From the NCBI RefSeq assembly GCF_006345805.1, contig NC_042998.1, positions 39,680,001 to 39,744,000 of the forward strand: 64,000 nt of DNA. The letters are read 5' to 3'. The notes under the pieces are model-generated. The model was not told where the DNA came from. It worked only from the letters and a program-made list of their open reading frames with translations, and did not search any database. The DNA comes from Octopus sinensis. Lineage: Eukaryota. The translations under genes and the position numbers were made by a program. This document shows positions 13,311 to 25,885 of the stretch, piece by piece (positions within the stretch are counted from its first letter, which is position 1; each line of letters starts with the position of its first letter).

Positions 13311-14224
13311 CTAACAAAGGAAAAAACAGTTTAGTTCTTGAAATGAAGCCAAAATTCTAATGTTAAAACTATCATCATTGTTGATGTCACTGATATTAAC
13401 TTCAGCATTTTTCTACTCTTTTTATTTTCTCATGAAAGCAAAGGCTGTTGGAGCCCTGAAAACTAGATTTCTCCATTTGTCTCAATTCAGTGAGAATAAA
13501 GCTTTGAAAGTTGGTACTATCACTTGTGAGATAACTGCAGCAACAAGGGACAGATCTACTTGCCATATTTTCTTCAAATCTATTTATACTGCAAAATAAA
13601 CAGTTGAGAGAGAGAGTAAAAAACTCATAGCATACATCCAGCCTCTGTCATCATTTCTTCTTATACCAGTACACCATTGAGTTTCTATCCTTGGTTCCAG
13701 AGCTTTGGCAGATTAACTATTTTGCCAAACCATTCATGGTCAAGGAATAATTCATCAGTACACCTCTAACCAGATAATTATACATCTGCCATACATTGAA
13801 ACCATTCCATCATCACTTGAGCAGCATCAGTACACTCACCATCTTTCCTAGGTTTTCTAATGATCTTTCTTCAGATCAGTGTTTGCACAAAGCTTCAATA
13901 TTTTTATGTCTTTGCTTCTCAATACCATAAACAGAAAATGAACCAATACTATAGATATCACATACCAATGTACTCAAACATGTGGGTCTATTTTTCTCAA
14001 CAGATCTCCTTTATCTTAGATCGACATGGATTGGTGTTCATGTTTGTCATTACCACTGATGCCCTCAGTTCTCTTACCTGTAGTAGCCACTGCTAAGGGT
14101 AACTCGAAGCCAAATAAGCAGAGAATCTCTCAAAAGTTTGGTATCACCACTAACAAATATGGTGCAAATAAAACATGTAACGCATGGTACATACAACACC
14201 ACCTGTGGACATGCAGTGAACTAA

Positions 14225-14560
14225 AAGACCCCCTTCGGTCATGAATGACCATGGGATTGCACCTAGAAAGTTACCCTCCCAGGCACAAGTCCGGGCAAGG
14301 TAGTTTATGGAAGACCAGCAGTCGCCCATGCATACCAGCCTCCCCTCTCCACACCACTGATGTTATCCAAGGGAAAGACAAAGGTCGATACAGCTTGGCA
14401 CCAGTGATGTCGCAACTCATTTCTACAGTTGAGTGAACTGGAGCAACGTGAAATAAAGTGCCTTGCTCAAGAACACAACACGCAGCCCGGTCTGGGATTC
14501 GAGCTCACAACCTGACGATCGTAAGCTCGACGCTCTAACCACTGAGCCATGCGCCTTCAT
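14225..14560 (-). mobile_element. Second tRNA-derived SINE family
   Basis: Minus strand ggcgcatggctcagtggttagagcg...ctcgaatccc head followed by ttcttgagcaaggcac body. Confidence 0.85.
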
Positions 14561-14618
14561 GCAGTGAACTACAGTGGAGATATAAACAATACACATCAGG
14601 TATTTATTAGTAATACTA

Positions 14619-16175
14619 TCAGGTTGAGTAAAAAGGAAGCAACTTTTCTAAATGAAGTTCATCACAATATATTTCAACAAATTGAGTCAAGTAAACGAAA
14701 ACCAAGCAAAAATTATAGTTGTGGTCGATGCCAGTGCCACCTGACTGGCTCCTATGCTGGTGGCACGCAATAAGCACCGTTCATGCGTGGGTCATTGCCA
14801 ATGCTGCTTGACTGGCTCCCCGTGCTGGTGGCACATAAAAGGCACCCACTACATGCTTGGAGTGGTTGGCGTTAGGAAGGACATCCAGCTGTAGAAACCT
14901 TGCCACATCAGATTGGAGCCTGGTGTGGCCACCAGGCTTGCCAGTCCTCAGTCAAACCGTCCAACCCATGCCAGCATGGAAAATGGACGTTAAATGATGA
15001 TGATGAATGCGGAAATTTTATTCATCAAAGTAAGTACCATTACAATCAATACATTTTAGCTAATGAGTTACAAGTTTATTCTGGTAACATAAAAATCTGG
15101 AGTTCTGGATCTAATGAACTTTTTGAACACACTTTCAGCATTGGTTTGATTTTTGAACTCCTTCTCTCACAGGAAACCATCAAGGTGCTTGAAAAAGTGG
15201 TAGTCGGTAGTCTGGAGGAATAAGCTGGGTGGGGAAGAACTTAGCCAAGTTTCCTCAACTTCTGGAGCGTCATTAATGAAACATGTGGTCGAGCATTGTC
15301 ATGAAGAATGATTGGCCCTCTTCTGTTGACCAGTCTGGGACACAGGAATAGCAGTTTTGCGTTTATTTTGGCAATTTCATGGCAATGTTTCTGCAGTAAT
15401 GGTTTGTCTGGGTTTTAAGAAGTTATAGAAGATAAGTCCAGCAGTACACTACCAAACAGTCACCATAACCTCCTTTTTCAAAGTTTAGGGAAGGTTTTTT
15501 GTGCTTCATTTTGGTCCAACCACTGCAAAGAACGTTTTTTATGATTGTACAGAATCCTCTTTTCATCACAAGTTACAATACGGTCGAGGATTGGATTGGT
15601 TGGGTTATGGAGAAGAAATGACAAGCAAATTTCATATTTGTACATTTTCTTATTTCCATTCAAATCATGTGGTACCCATTTGTCAAGCTTTTTTGATTTT
15701 CCAATTGCATGCAAATAGTTGCAGCTAGTTCTTGAGTAGTTTTATGTGGATCTTTCTCACTGATGGTCTTTAATGGACCGTCATCGATGACAGATAGACG
15801 TCCACTACGCTCAAGATCTTCAAGGCTCAGCTCTCCACTGTGAAATCATTTAAACCATTTTCAAACTGACCACTCACCATTCATTTCCTCATCAAATGTT
15901 CCGTTGATATCACAAGCAGTTTCATCTTCTCTATGTCCTTTTTTGAAGTCGAATAGCAAAATTGCTTGAATATCACACTTTGACAGTTCCATTTCAGATG
16001 ATTGTAACAACAGTGAAAAAAATATCAATGTTAATTTATTGATGCATTTGGGCAAGTCTATATCTGTATTATCAGACAATTGCAAAAAAAATGTTAAAAA
16101 AAATTCAAAACTCCTCAAAAATTTGGAACAAATCCTTCATGGTTCAAAATGTTGCTTATTTTTTACTCAACCTGG
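14619..16175 (-). mobile_element. Decayed mariner transposon interrupted by an RTE 3' fragment (about 14720-15005)
   Basis: 25-bp TIRs (caggttgagtaaaaa..aagcaac) with flanking TA; fragments read KWVPHDL and LDRIVTCDEK. Confidence 0.9.
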
Positions 16176-17159
16176 TAAATTGAGAAACAACCCTCCCCAG
16201 CCTTCAACATGAGGCATAGTTCAGTGCTATAGATAGCAAGAATATTACAAAAGTGTTTCTTCAACTTAAAGTATCAAACTCAGATCTCCCCTTTTACATA
16301 AAATCTATTAAACAAAGCAAGAAATATTAATACTAGATTAATATACCATTATAGTTCTGATAACTTACTGATGCAAAAAGGACACACCACACCCCAAGAG
16401 GCTTTTAAAGGCCAAAACACCAATTTCCCATAGAGTCTATTCCTAATTCCTGTACAAATTGTAGCAATGCCAACACAAACAAAACTGGCAATAGACTTCA
16501 ATTGAGTTGCTAATCCAAAGTCAATTAGTTCTGTGTTTTGCTGAGCACCACAACAAAAACCACAAAGTTTATCAGTTTTACAAGTTCTCAAATTTTACAA
16601 TTTAGAGAAAGAAATAGTAACAGCAGTCTATAGACATTATTTGTAGCTAGGAGGAAACCTTTGTTATGAATTTTGCACAGCATTGGTAGGAAAATAGAAA
16701 CTACTGAGTTTTCAATTAATAAGCTGACTCGTCTAGCTGAACTACTCTGATAATAAATGGACCTATTTGAGTCTCTTTGCCTTCACATTACAGCAAGTGT
16801 TACCATTAAAGAACTATATCATTTGTTTCCAATCTTGTGGTTGAAAATATGAACAGCCATGGGGAAAATATTACCTTACATGGAAATAGGTGAGGCTTGA
16901 TGAGAGAAATGGTCTCTGGCAGTAGAAAATTTGCCTCGGTGAATTCTGGCCAACTCATGCAAGAATGGAAAAGTGGACATTAAAGCAACAATGATGACAA
17001 TGATGATGTGTACGTGTGCATGCATGCATATAGGGTTGTTCAGATGAAATCTGATAATTTTTTTATGTCTCCTCTTTCCAGGAACAGCTTGATGTATTGG
17101 TGAAAAGTCAATATTACTGAAGAACATAAAAATTAAAGCTGCAGTTGAGTAAAAGTTAG

Positions 17160-18240
17160 CTGACATGGAGGACTGGAAGCCATATGAATATTGGGAAAGA
17201 GTTCTGTGTCATTATAAATGCATGTCAGATATCAAAATGCTGACATTATAACTGCTGGTCAATGCTCTGCAAAGAGTGTGAAGGCTGTAAGACATGACAT
17301 GGACAGCTGAAATGTAGACTACAAAACAGTGACCAGCGGGAAGGGCCATAGCAGGCATTCTAACTGTTCATACCCTGGAATTCACCTGACAACTGCAGGG
17401 CAAGGTGATGGATAATCTAACCAAGAGAATCTGGGCTTTGGTGAGAGAGATGGGTGTTGGAGTTACCACCATGAAGCTATACTTGAATGAAAACCTTTAC
17501 TAACACTCATTTAAAAGGTGTAAAAGACAAATTCTGATAGCCAAGAAGAATGGCTTCATGAAGGCGAAGAAGCTCCTGAACAAACTGAGGCATTTTGTTG
17601 AACCAGGGACGATCTGGTTCTTTTCCAAGGAAAAAAAACTCCTGCTAGGATGGGTTGCACAACACCCAGAGCAACAGGTGGTTTACTTACAATCTATTTG
17701 AAGTCCCATATATCATGAAAACCAAGTTCTCCCAAACTGTGATGGTCTTTGGATGTGTAGTAGTGAGGGTGATGTCATGCTGCCCCACAGGGTCTCAGGC
17801 TCAATTCTGCTGCTGAAGACTGGTCAAACTATGGCTGGAGCAGGTTGCTACTGGAAGACCATATGTATGGCAGCAGGATATGGCTTCTTGCCATACCTCC
17901 AGAAAGAATCAGGAGTAGTTGTTGGAAAATTTCTATAACTTCATCAGCCCCAGCTCCCTAATTCCCTCAGCTGTAATTCCATGGTGCATTTGAGAAAGAC
18001 ACCAACTACTCAAATGCCCAGGGTCCATTTAAGAAAGACACCAACCACTCTGCCTGCAACATCGAGGCCAAACTGGTGGCCAAGATCAAGGTGTTCGAAG
18101 ATCTTCCCAGGGATACAGTGAGAAATGCATGTGCCAAGTTCTAGAGCCATCCTGAGGCTGTGGTGGGAACTGAAGATGGCTGCTTAGAGTAAACTGTTAT
18201 GTCCCAACCATAATTTAGTTGATGATCTTTGATTTTTTTT
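17160..18240 (+). mobile_element. Decayed maT/DD37D-like Tc1/mariner transposase relic
   Basis: Fragments MKTKFSQTVMVFG..SSEGDVMLPH, P(N)SLSCN and FEDLPRDTVRNACAKF..EAVV..EDGCLE*; many stops. Ends approximate. Confidence 0.7.
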
Positions 18241-18436
18241 AACAATACTTCATTCAGTACAGGTCCTCAGCTGGATAATGTCCTCTATTCCTGTCGGCAA
18301 TCTTAAAAGCCCTGAATGAAAATGGTGATGGGCACTGGTGGTTCCTCCTCAAAGAAATCGAAAAGCAGAAACACACAGAACTATTTTGAAAGTTAAAATA
18401 TAACCAAAGTAAGATAAAAGAAAAAAGAATACACAC

Positions 18437-18602
18437 TTTTATTGATAAAAGTAGCAAATTCAAGACCAGTGCAGGTAGATCATAGAGATCTAACTCTGGA
18501 AAGATGCGAAGTGTCTTGTCAATGACAAATTCTAACTCGTCACTGGACATCTGAACATCTTTGAGCATGTCAACAAGTTGAATCACAAATTTGGTATTCC
18601 AT
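18437..18602 (-). CDS. FANCI: FANCI exon 7 (WNTKFVIQLVDMLKDVQMSSDELEFVIDK...LLLLSIK)
   Basis: 166 nt; strong resemblance to human [29 protein letters not shown]...LVYQLLVLSSK. Confidence 0.95.
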
Positions 18603-20619
18603 CTTGAAAAAGTAAATTTTGAGAAAAAAAAAAATGAATAACATTAAAAATATCTTGGTAAAAAAAAAGGTCTTCTACATGTTTAGGTATCTACAATAAA
18701 GGCATCTAGTTTAATTTGACTTAGTTTCATTGAAGTGAATATAGTGTAAGGAGTCTTCTGTTCTAGAAAATAAACTTCTCAATAACACAAAACAATTGGT
18801 CTATTTTAGTTCACTGCTGTAACATTGGAGTCTGTGATGAGAATATCCAATCAATTTTGCTTCACACAAAAACAGTTAAATATAAAAGAAGACTTTTTGG
18901 AGTGAGCGAACTAAATAAATATTTTGATGCTTTTTTTTAAAGACTTTTTTTCCTGTAAAATATCTTTGAAATAAAAAATGAGTCCCCATAACTTATTGAG
19001 CGGGAGAGTTTTTGTCTTCTTTATTAGAAGAGAGTCAACCTGGCGGAATCCACCCTACTCCACATGACACTCAGAGAAGAATTTAAAGTACAAGTAAAAC
19101 GGACTATGAAAGCTATCCATCTAAGAACATAGTAAATGTTTATAAGAAACAATACATGATAGAAAGGACTCTTCACTTCATGGAACAATCCTTCTTTTGT
19201 TTGTGGTATATAAAATGAAGCCAGTAAAGTTTCACCAGTGGTTGGTGAGAAAGCATCCAGCTATAGAAGCGATGCCAATGTACAAGTGAGACATAGATTC
19301 AGCCAAGTCACATGACAGTCTACTTGTCTAGGAGGGTAGCAACACCAAAAAAGAAGTGGGGAACTGTTTCATCTTCATCTCTTAGACAACATCACCAATG
19401 CCACGGAATGTTAAAATACATCCAACTCACATCACAAAGATGGTTGGTGCTCTCCATTGCTGTGCATATCAGACCATGACAAGTGTTGAGGCCTATCCAT
19501 CCAGGCAACCATGGAAAAATAGGGATAAAAAGATGACGATGATGATAACTGAAAGCTAATGATACACTTGTTATCCATACAATGTTTTGATTATCCTAAA
19601 GTAAAGTAAAGTGAGGTTATTTGATAATTAAGATGTTGGCCTTTTACAAAGCTCAACTGCAATGACTGGATACAAAGGTGTAGTAGCACAGCAGGATAGC
19701 CGAATTACATCCCCTTGCTGACACATATTCCAGTAGTGGAGAGCTGTCTTTCTCTCTTACCATTTGGACACCAAGGAGCACTGATCTCCTTTTTGACTCA
19801 GGCCACAGATCACATGCGGTTACCATCATCATAATGACGTTTGCCTAGCAGTCTTCTTATTATTGTCGTTCTAATGATGCTTGCCTAATAGATTTCAGAC
19901 CACCATCATTTCCCTGCACTATCATGGCGATTTGTTCAGCAACTAACTTTAGCACTACAGCTTAAACGAAAAATTACTGTAGTGTTACTAACATTGACAC
20001 CTGCTATGAATTTGTAGCAGTAAGTCCAAGCTATGAACTGAATATGTTTTCTGACTAAGCCTCACACACAACACCACACATGCATTTCTGATATCCTTAC
20101 AGTTCAAATCTCACAACTAGTTAGTGTTTTCTTGTTGTCCAAAGGGTCCACAATGTGTTAATATTTGATTTCTTAAATTGTGTGAAAAACTTTGTATCTT
20201 CTATCCCAAATAAATTCTATTTATCATTCTATGGAGTCTCATCTTCCTTTTATGACAGACTACACGGATACCTCTACATCACTAAGTTTGGTGTAATGTT
20301 GTACCAGTATACAGCTAAAAAGGAAAAATCAAGGACACTTCATATATAAAAAGCACCCAAGCTGGCACCATGTGAAAAGCACTGGTGCAGGTGTCACCTA
20401 AAAAGTACCTAGTACACTCTAAAGTTGTTGGTGCTAGGAAGGGCAACCAGCCTTAGAGATTATGCTAAAGCAGACAAATGGATCCTGGCTGGCCAGCTCA
20501 TCAAACAGTCCAATCCACGCCAGTATGGAAAACAGACATTAAATGAAGATACATATATGACAACAACAGGAATATATATTTATAACATACATCAACAACA
20601 GTATGAAGCATATACTAAC

Positions 20620-20748
20620 CTGTTGGAACAAATTTTGTTGAGGATTTGACTTTTGAAATCTGAACCTTTCAACCAGTTGATGTCATCAATAGGAACCTTT
20701 TCTCTTGTTGCAATGACTGACAGCAGTTTTGGGAACAATTCAAGAATC
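20620..20748 (-). CDS. FANCI: FANCI exon 6 (ILELFPKLLSVIATREK...KSQILNKICSNR)
   Basis: 129 nt; resembles human SLELLPIILTALAT...KKQLINTLCSGR; cag/GTTAG sites. Confidence 0.92.
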
Positions 20749-21649
20749 CTGCATCATTCAGAAAAGGAACCCAACATGGTATAATTAATAAATCTCTCTC
20801 AATACTTATAAAGTGTTTGCTTGTATGTATGTATGTACGTACTTACGTATGTAGTGCCATGGTGCACAACTCAGCAGAGGAGACCAAACAATGGCAAGAA
20901 CTGGTAACAATAGCCAAAGGTACCAATAGAGCATACAAATAAAATACAAGATGAAAAAAGAACCATAATGAGGAAAAGAGCATGAAGATAGGTGAGGAGT
21001 AACGTTGGTGGATTGTGACAAGTATGGAGTTTTGAAGAAAAAAAAAGTATTCTGACAGTTAACAACTGACATAATGCTAAAGCACCTTCAGCTTTTTTGA
21101 GTCAGTTTTGAAAATGTTGTCCATCCAGTACAGATTATTGATGATAATGCCCTGGCTGCATTTGCTGAGAGCCAGATAAAGTGAGCAGTTTGATAATGGT
21201 GGCAATTTTTTGTGTCTCCCCTTAAAAGATAGATTGGCAATGGATACAGATGATCAGAACTACCTAGAGATTCCTCAGCAGTAGGAATATAGATTGAAGA
21301 ATAGTGGAATTATTGTTGGCAACATTCTACATGGATAGTCAGAACATAAATACCATAATCCTTTACAATACAGCAGTAACGTGTTCCTGAAAATCTTGCT
21401 ATAACATGAAATATATTTTTCCATTGATATTTATATTCGATGCATAGAACCTGTTAGGCCTGGTTGGTGTTAAGAAGGGCATTCAGCTGTAGAAACTTTG
21501 CCAGATCAGATTGGAGCTTGGTGCAGCCTCCTGGCTTGCCAGCCCTCAGTCAAACTGTTTGACCAATGCCAGCATGAAAATAGATATTAAAATAATGATG
21601 ATATATATATATATATATATGTATATGTATGTCTATGTTTATATATATA

Positions 21650-22045
21650 GGTATAGGAGTGGCTGTGTGGTAAGTAGCTTGCTTATCAACCACATGGTTC
21701 CAGGTTCAGTCCCACTGCGTTGCACCTTGGGCAAGTGTCTTCTATAGCCTTGGGCCGACCAAAGCCTTGTGAGTGGATTTGGTAGACAGAAACTGAAAGA
21801 AGCCTGTCGTATATATGTATATGTATATATATATGTGTGTTTGTGTGTCTGTGTTTGTCCCTGCCAACATCACTTGACAACTGATGCTGGTGTGTTTACG
21901 TCCCAGTAACTTAGCGGTTCGGCAAAAGAGTGTGATAGAATAAGTACTAGGCTTACAAAAAATAAGTCCTGGGGTCGATTTGCTCAACTAAAGGCGGTGC
22001 TCCAGCATGGCCGCAGTCAAATGACTGAAACAAGTAAAAGAGTAA
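21650..22045 (+). mobile_element. tRNA-derived SINE, same family
   Basis: Full-length match to 2941-3330. Confidence 0.9.
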
Positions 22046-22289
22046 TGGAGGCATGAAAAGGCATCGCTTTGCAAGAGTTCCAGCATAGTTTCAAGCAGTA
22101 GAAAACATGTCTGTACCAATGCATTGCTTCAAATGGAGAAGAAACATGTACAACTAAGTGAATGAAATAGTATTGCAAAATTCCTGTTTCTTTTGAGTAT
22201 TGCTTCGTATATCTCTCCATTTGTGTATGTGTATATGTCTACATACGTATATATATATATATATATATATATATCTTTGTGGCACACAA

Positions 22290-22743
22290 GAAAACCATCC
22301 GAATGTGGCCGTAGCCAGTACCGTATCGACTGGCCTCCGTGCTGTGGGCATGTAACAAACACCATCCGATCATGGCCATTCGCCAGCCTCATCTGGCACC
22401 TGTGTCGGTGGCACATAAAAAACACCATCCGAGCATGGCCGTTCGCCAGCCTCATCTGGCACCTGTGTCGGTGGCACATAAAATAACCCACTACACTCTC
22501 GGAGTGGTTGGCGTTAGGAAGGGCATCCAGCTGTAGAAACACTGCCAGATCTGACTAGCCTGGTGCAGCCTTCGGGCTCCCCAGACCCCAGTTGAACCGT
22601 CCAACCCATGCTAGCATGGAAAGCGGACGTTAAATGATGATGATGATGATATATATATATATATATCATCATCATCATCGATTACCATCTGTTTTCCATG
22701 CTGGCATGGGTAGGACATGTATGTATGTATGTATATATATATA

Positions 22744-22774
<31 letters not shown>

Positions 22775-23400
22775 TATATATATATATATATATATATCAT
22801 CATCATCATTTAATGTCCGCTTTCCATGCTAGCATGGGTTGGACGATTTTGACTGAGGACTGGCGAACCAGATGGCTGCACCAGGCTCCAATCTTGATCT
22901 GGCAGAGTTTCTACAGCTGGATGCCCTTCCTAGCGCCAACCACTCCGAGAGTGTAGTGGGTGCTTTTACGTGCCCCATGCTAGTAGGGTGCTAAGAGCAC
23001 CATCTGAGCGTGATCGTTGCCAGAGCGGCTAACTGGCTTCTGTGCCAGTGGCATGTAGGAGGCACGATCCGAGCGGGATCGTTACCAACATCGCCTTACT
23101 GGCACCTGTGCCATTGGCATGTGTAAAAAATTCGAGTGAGGTCGTCACCAGTACCGCCTGACTGACCCATGTGTAAAAATTCGAGCGAGGTTGTTGTCAG
23201 TACCGCCAGACTGGCCCCTGTGCCGGTGGCACGTAAAAGCACCCACTACACTCTCGGAGTGGTTGGCGCTAGGAAGGGCATCCAGCTGTAGAAACTTTGC
23301 CAGATCAAGACTGGAGCTTGGTGCAGCCATCTGGTTCGCCACCCCACAGTCAAACCGTCCAACCCATGCTAGCATGGAAAGCGGATGTTAAACGATGACG
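22290..23400. mobile_element. Cluster of RTE 3'-end fragments in alternating orientation, separated by (TA)n
   Basis: Shared motif ggagtggttggcgttaggaagggcatccagctgtagaaac...catgctagcatggaaagcggacgttaa(atg)n. Further copies near 1-480, 1190-1360/2656-2760, 4190-4480, 14720-15005, 21460-21600, 26600-27060, 28480-28940, 34470-34660, 47410-47610, 48280-48600, 48980-49180, 52690-52895. Confidence 0.9.
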
Positions 23401-24467
23401 ATATATATATATATATCAATTTAGCTGTTTCTTTTTTTATACTTTTTTTTGTTTTCTTTGTCTCTTTCACACTTGCTGTTCCTTTATCTCTTCTCTTACC
23501 CTGAAAACATCCACCTTTTATATCTATAATTGCATTGTCATTCATTTGTGTATTTCAACATTTCAATATATACCAATTTATCTATGTCTCTCATTTCCAT
23601 TTCCCTTTTTTTTTGCTCTGTTTCTTTCTCTCACCTTTTCTTGACACCCTTTCTCTTATTCTCTTTCTTTTCTCTCAGTCTCTGCCTTTCCTCTCTCTCT
23701 TCTCTCTCAGTCTCTGCCTTTCCTCTCTCTCTTCTCTGCTTTCTTCACTACCTTAACACATACCATATATATATATATATATAAAAATTCACATTGAGAT
23801 ATATGTCACAGTCCAAGAGTAGAAAATAACTACAAAATAGGTCAGAGACAACCAAAACTGAGTATCTCTTTGGCCTCAAAAAGTGGCTGAAGATGTCTTT
23901 CTTTAGCCACTTCCCTTCCCTTGCTTAGTCATGGGGACTTCCCCCCCCTTTTTTTTCTGTCAGGCAAGTTACTTGTTGACCCTAGCAGCGTTGGTGCCAC
24001 ACAAAAAGTATCCACTACATTGTTAAATGGTTGGCGTTAGGAAGGACATCAAACCATAGAAGTCATTCCAAAGCTGACTCAGGAGCTTGACGCACCCTGT
24101 CAAAGCATCCAACCAGTTACAGCATGAAAACAAATGGTAAATGATGATGATAATGATGAAGAATGTATGTATCTTCATATAAGTGGTGACGCTTGTTTCC
24201 AGTTTTTTGTGGAAAACACATCTGGCCAAGGGTAAATATTACCTTGCTTGGAAACAAGGGTTGATAACAGAAAATTTGCCTTAACTCATTTGATCTGACT
24301 CAAGCAAGCAGAAGAAAGTGCCTGCTAAAATGATGAAAGCAGTGGTAGTGGTGGAGATGAAATCATCATCATCATTTAACATCTATTTTCCATGCTGGCA
24401 TGGGTTGGATAAATATGCAAATACAGATATCTAATAAACACATAATAAATCCATAAAAACAACCTAC

Positions 24468-24553
24468 TTGCTATTTTGTAGATTTCCAGTTTTAATGATT
24501 TCAACAAAATACTTGAGAAGAGAAACTAAGTTGGTATCAGTTAAGTTTTCCAC
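24468..24553 (-). CDS. FANCI: FANCI exon 5 (VENLTDTNLVSLLKYFVEIIKTGNLQNSK)
   Basis: cag/GTAGG sites, 86 nt, phases consistent with neighbours. Confidence 0.85.
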
Positions 24554-24681
24554 CTGGAATAACCAGATATACAAAAATATGAATTTAAGAATAGAAACAG
24601 AAAAATTAAGGGAAGAAAGAAAAATGCAAGTTGCTGTTGTTTCTGGATATAAACCAGTTTGAATCTATCATAATATTAAAT

Positions 24682-25885
24682 ATGAGGGTTCTACTGAATA
24701 TAATGCAAAAGTGGGCAAAATATTTTTGAATGACATATGTTGTTAGAGTAACACTTCCTCAAATACAAAGGTAACACTATTCAACAGTCTCCAAAACAAA
24801 CAATACATGTGTACCATCACTGACTACCAACTTTCAAATCCTCTTTGAAAACATTTTGGTCTGCACTGTTGAATCCACTTCTTCACAGCAACTTTCACCT
24901 CACCTATAACATCAAATCATTGTCACTAAAAGACTGTTCTTCACTGGATTGAACAGGTGAAAGTCACAGGACACCCAGACTGGGCTGTATGATAGAAGGG
25001 GAACCAACAACTACCCCAATTTGCCAATTGCCTAATTTTTGGTCAAGGATACATGTAATTATGCATTGTTATTGTGAATGTAAATCATTTTTAGATTCTT
25101 GTTCTCTTCCTCTTAATGGCTTCTCTGAACTTTCTGAATGTCACAATGTACCACCAGGTGTCCATAGTGTAGTCACATTCCAGAAAATCAAGGTGCTTGC
25201 TATCCTTCAAAACAGCTATGATTTTCTGTACTAATCACTGGCTCTTAAATTCTTTAGGTCTTAGACAATAGGTATGACCCCATTCCTTGGACTGAGACTT
25301 TGTTTCCAGATCATACTGTTAGGCCCACATGTCATCTGTCACCACATGAGAAAACAAAAAAACAGGTCTTCACTGGTTTCAAACACTTCCAGCAGATCAA
25401 AGCTGACTTGTAACCTCTGCTTTTAGTCAGATGTCAATTGCCAAGGTACCCACTTGGCACACTTTCCAGGACCCGATGTTTTCCACCAGCCTCTATAATT
25501 CATTGTGAGACCTTACTCTAATTGTGTAGCAAACTCACAGGTGGACAGTCTGTGAATTAATTCAGCAGCCTCATTTGATGGTCTCCCTCTGTAAGGTTGT
25601 CTTCAATATTGGCCATCTTAAACTTCTTTAGCGATCTGGACACATTACTCCTGTCAATAGTACCATATTCATAATTAACTTTTAAACTTTTGTGTACATC
25701 AGATAGCTGGCGACCCTCTTTTGTCAAGAATTCAGTGACAAACACATTACTTCTGATTGAAACCTGCTATTTTACTTGCAATGAAGAAAATGAAAAAGAG
25801 TTACTATAATGACTGTGTAATTTGAACAATCTATGGAAATTAATAAAAAAAAGTTATACCCATTTTTGCATTATTTTTGGTACAA
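24682..25885 (-). mobile_element. Old mariner relic
   Basis: Degenerate TIRs (gggtt.tac..aa.ataatgcaaaa.tggg); mariner-like N-terminal HTH (EFLTKEG...DVHKSLK...DRSNVSR) and a YDLETKSQS fragment. Confidence 0.7.

Noticed and set aside
22361-22482. Regularly spaced repeats suggestive of a CRISPR array
   Set aside because: Only two tandem units with no unique spacers, inside an RTE UTR in a eukaryotic context.
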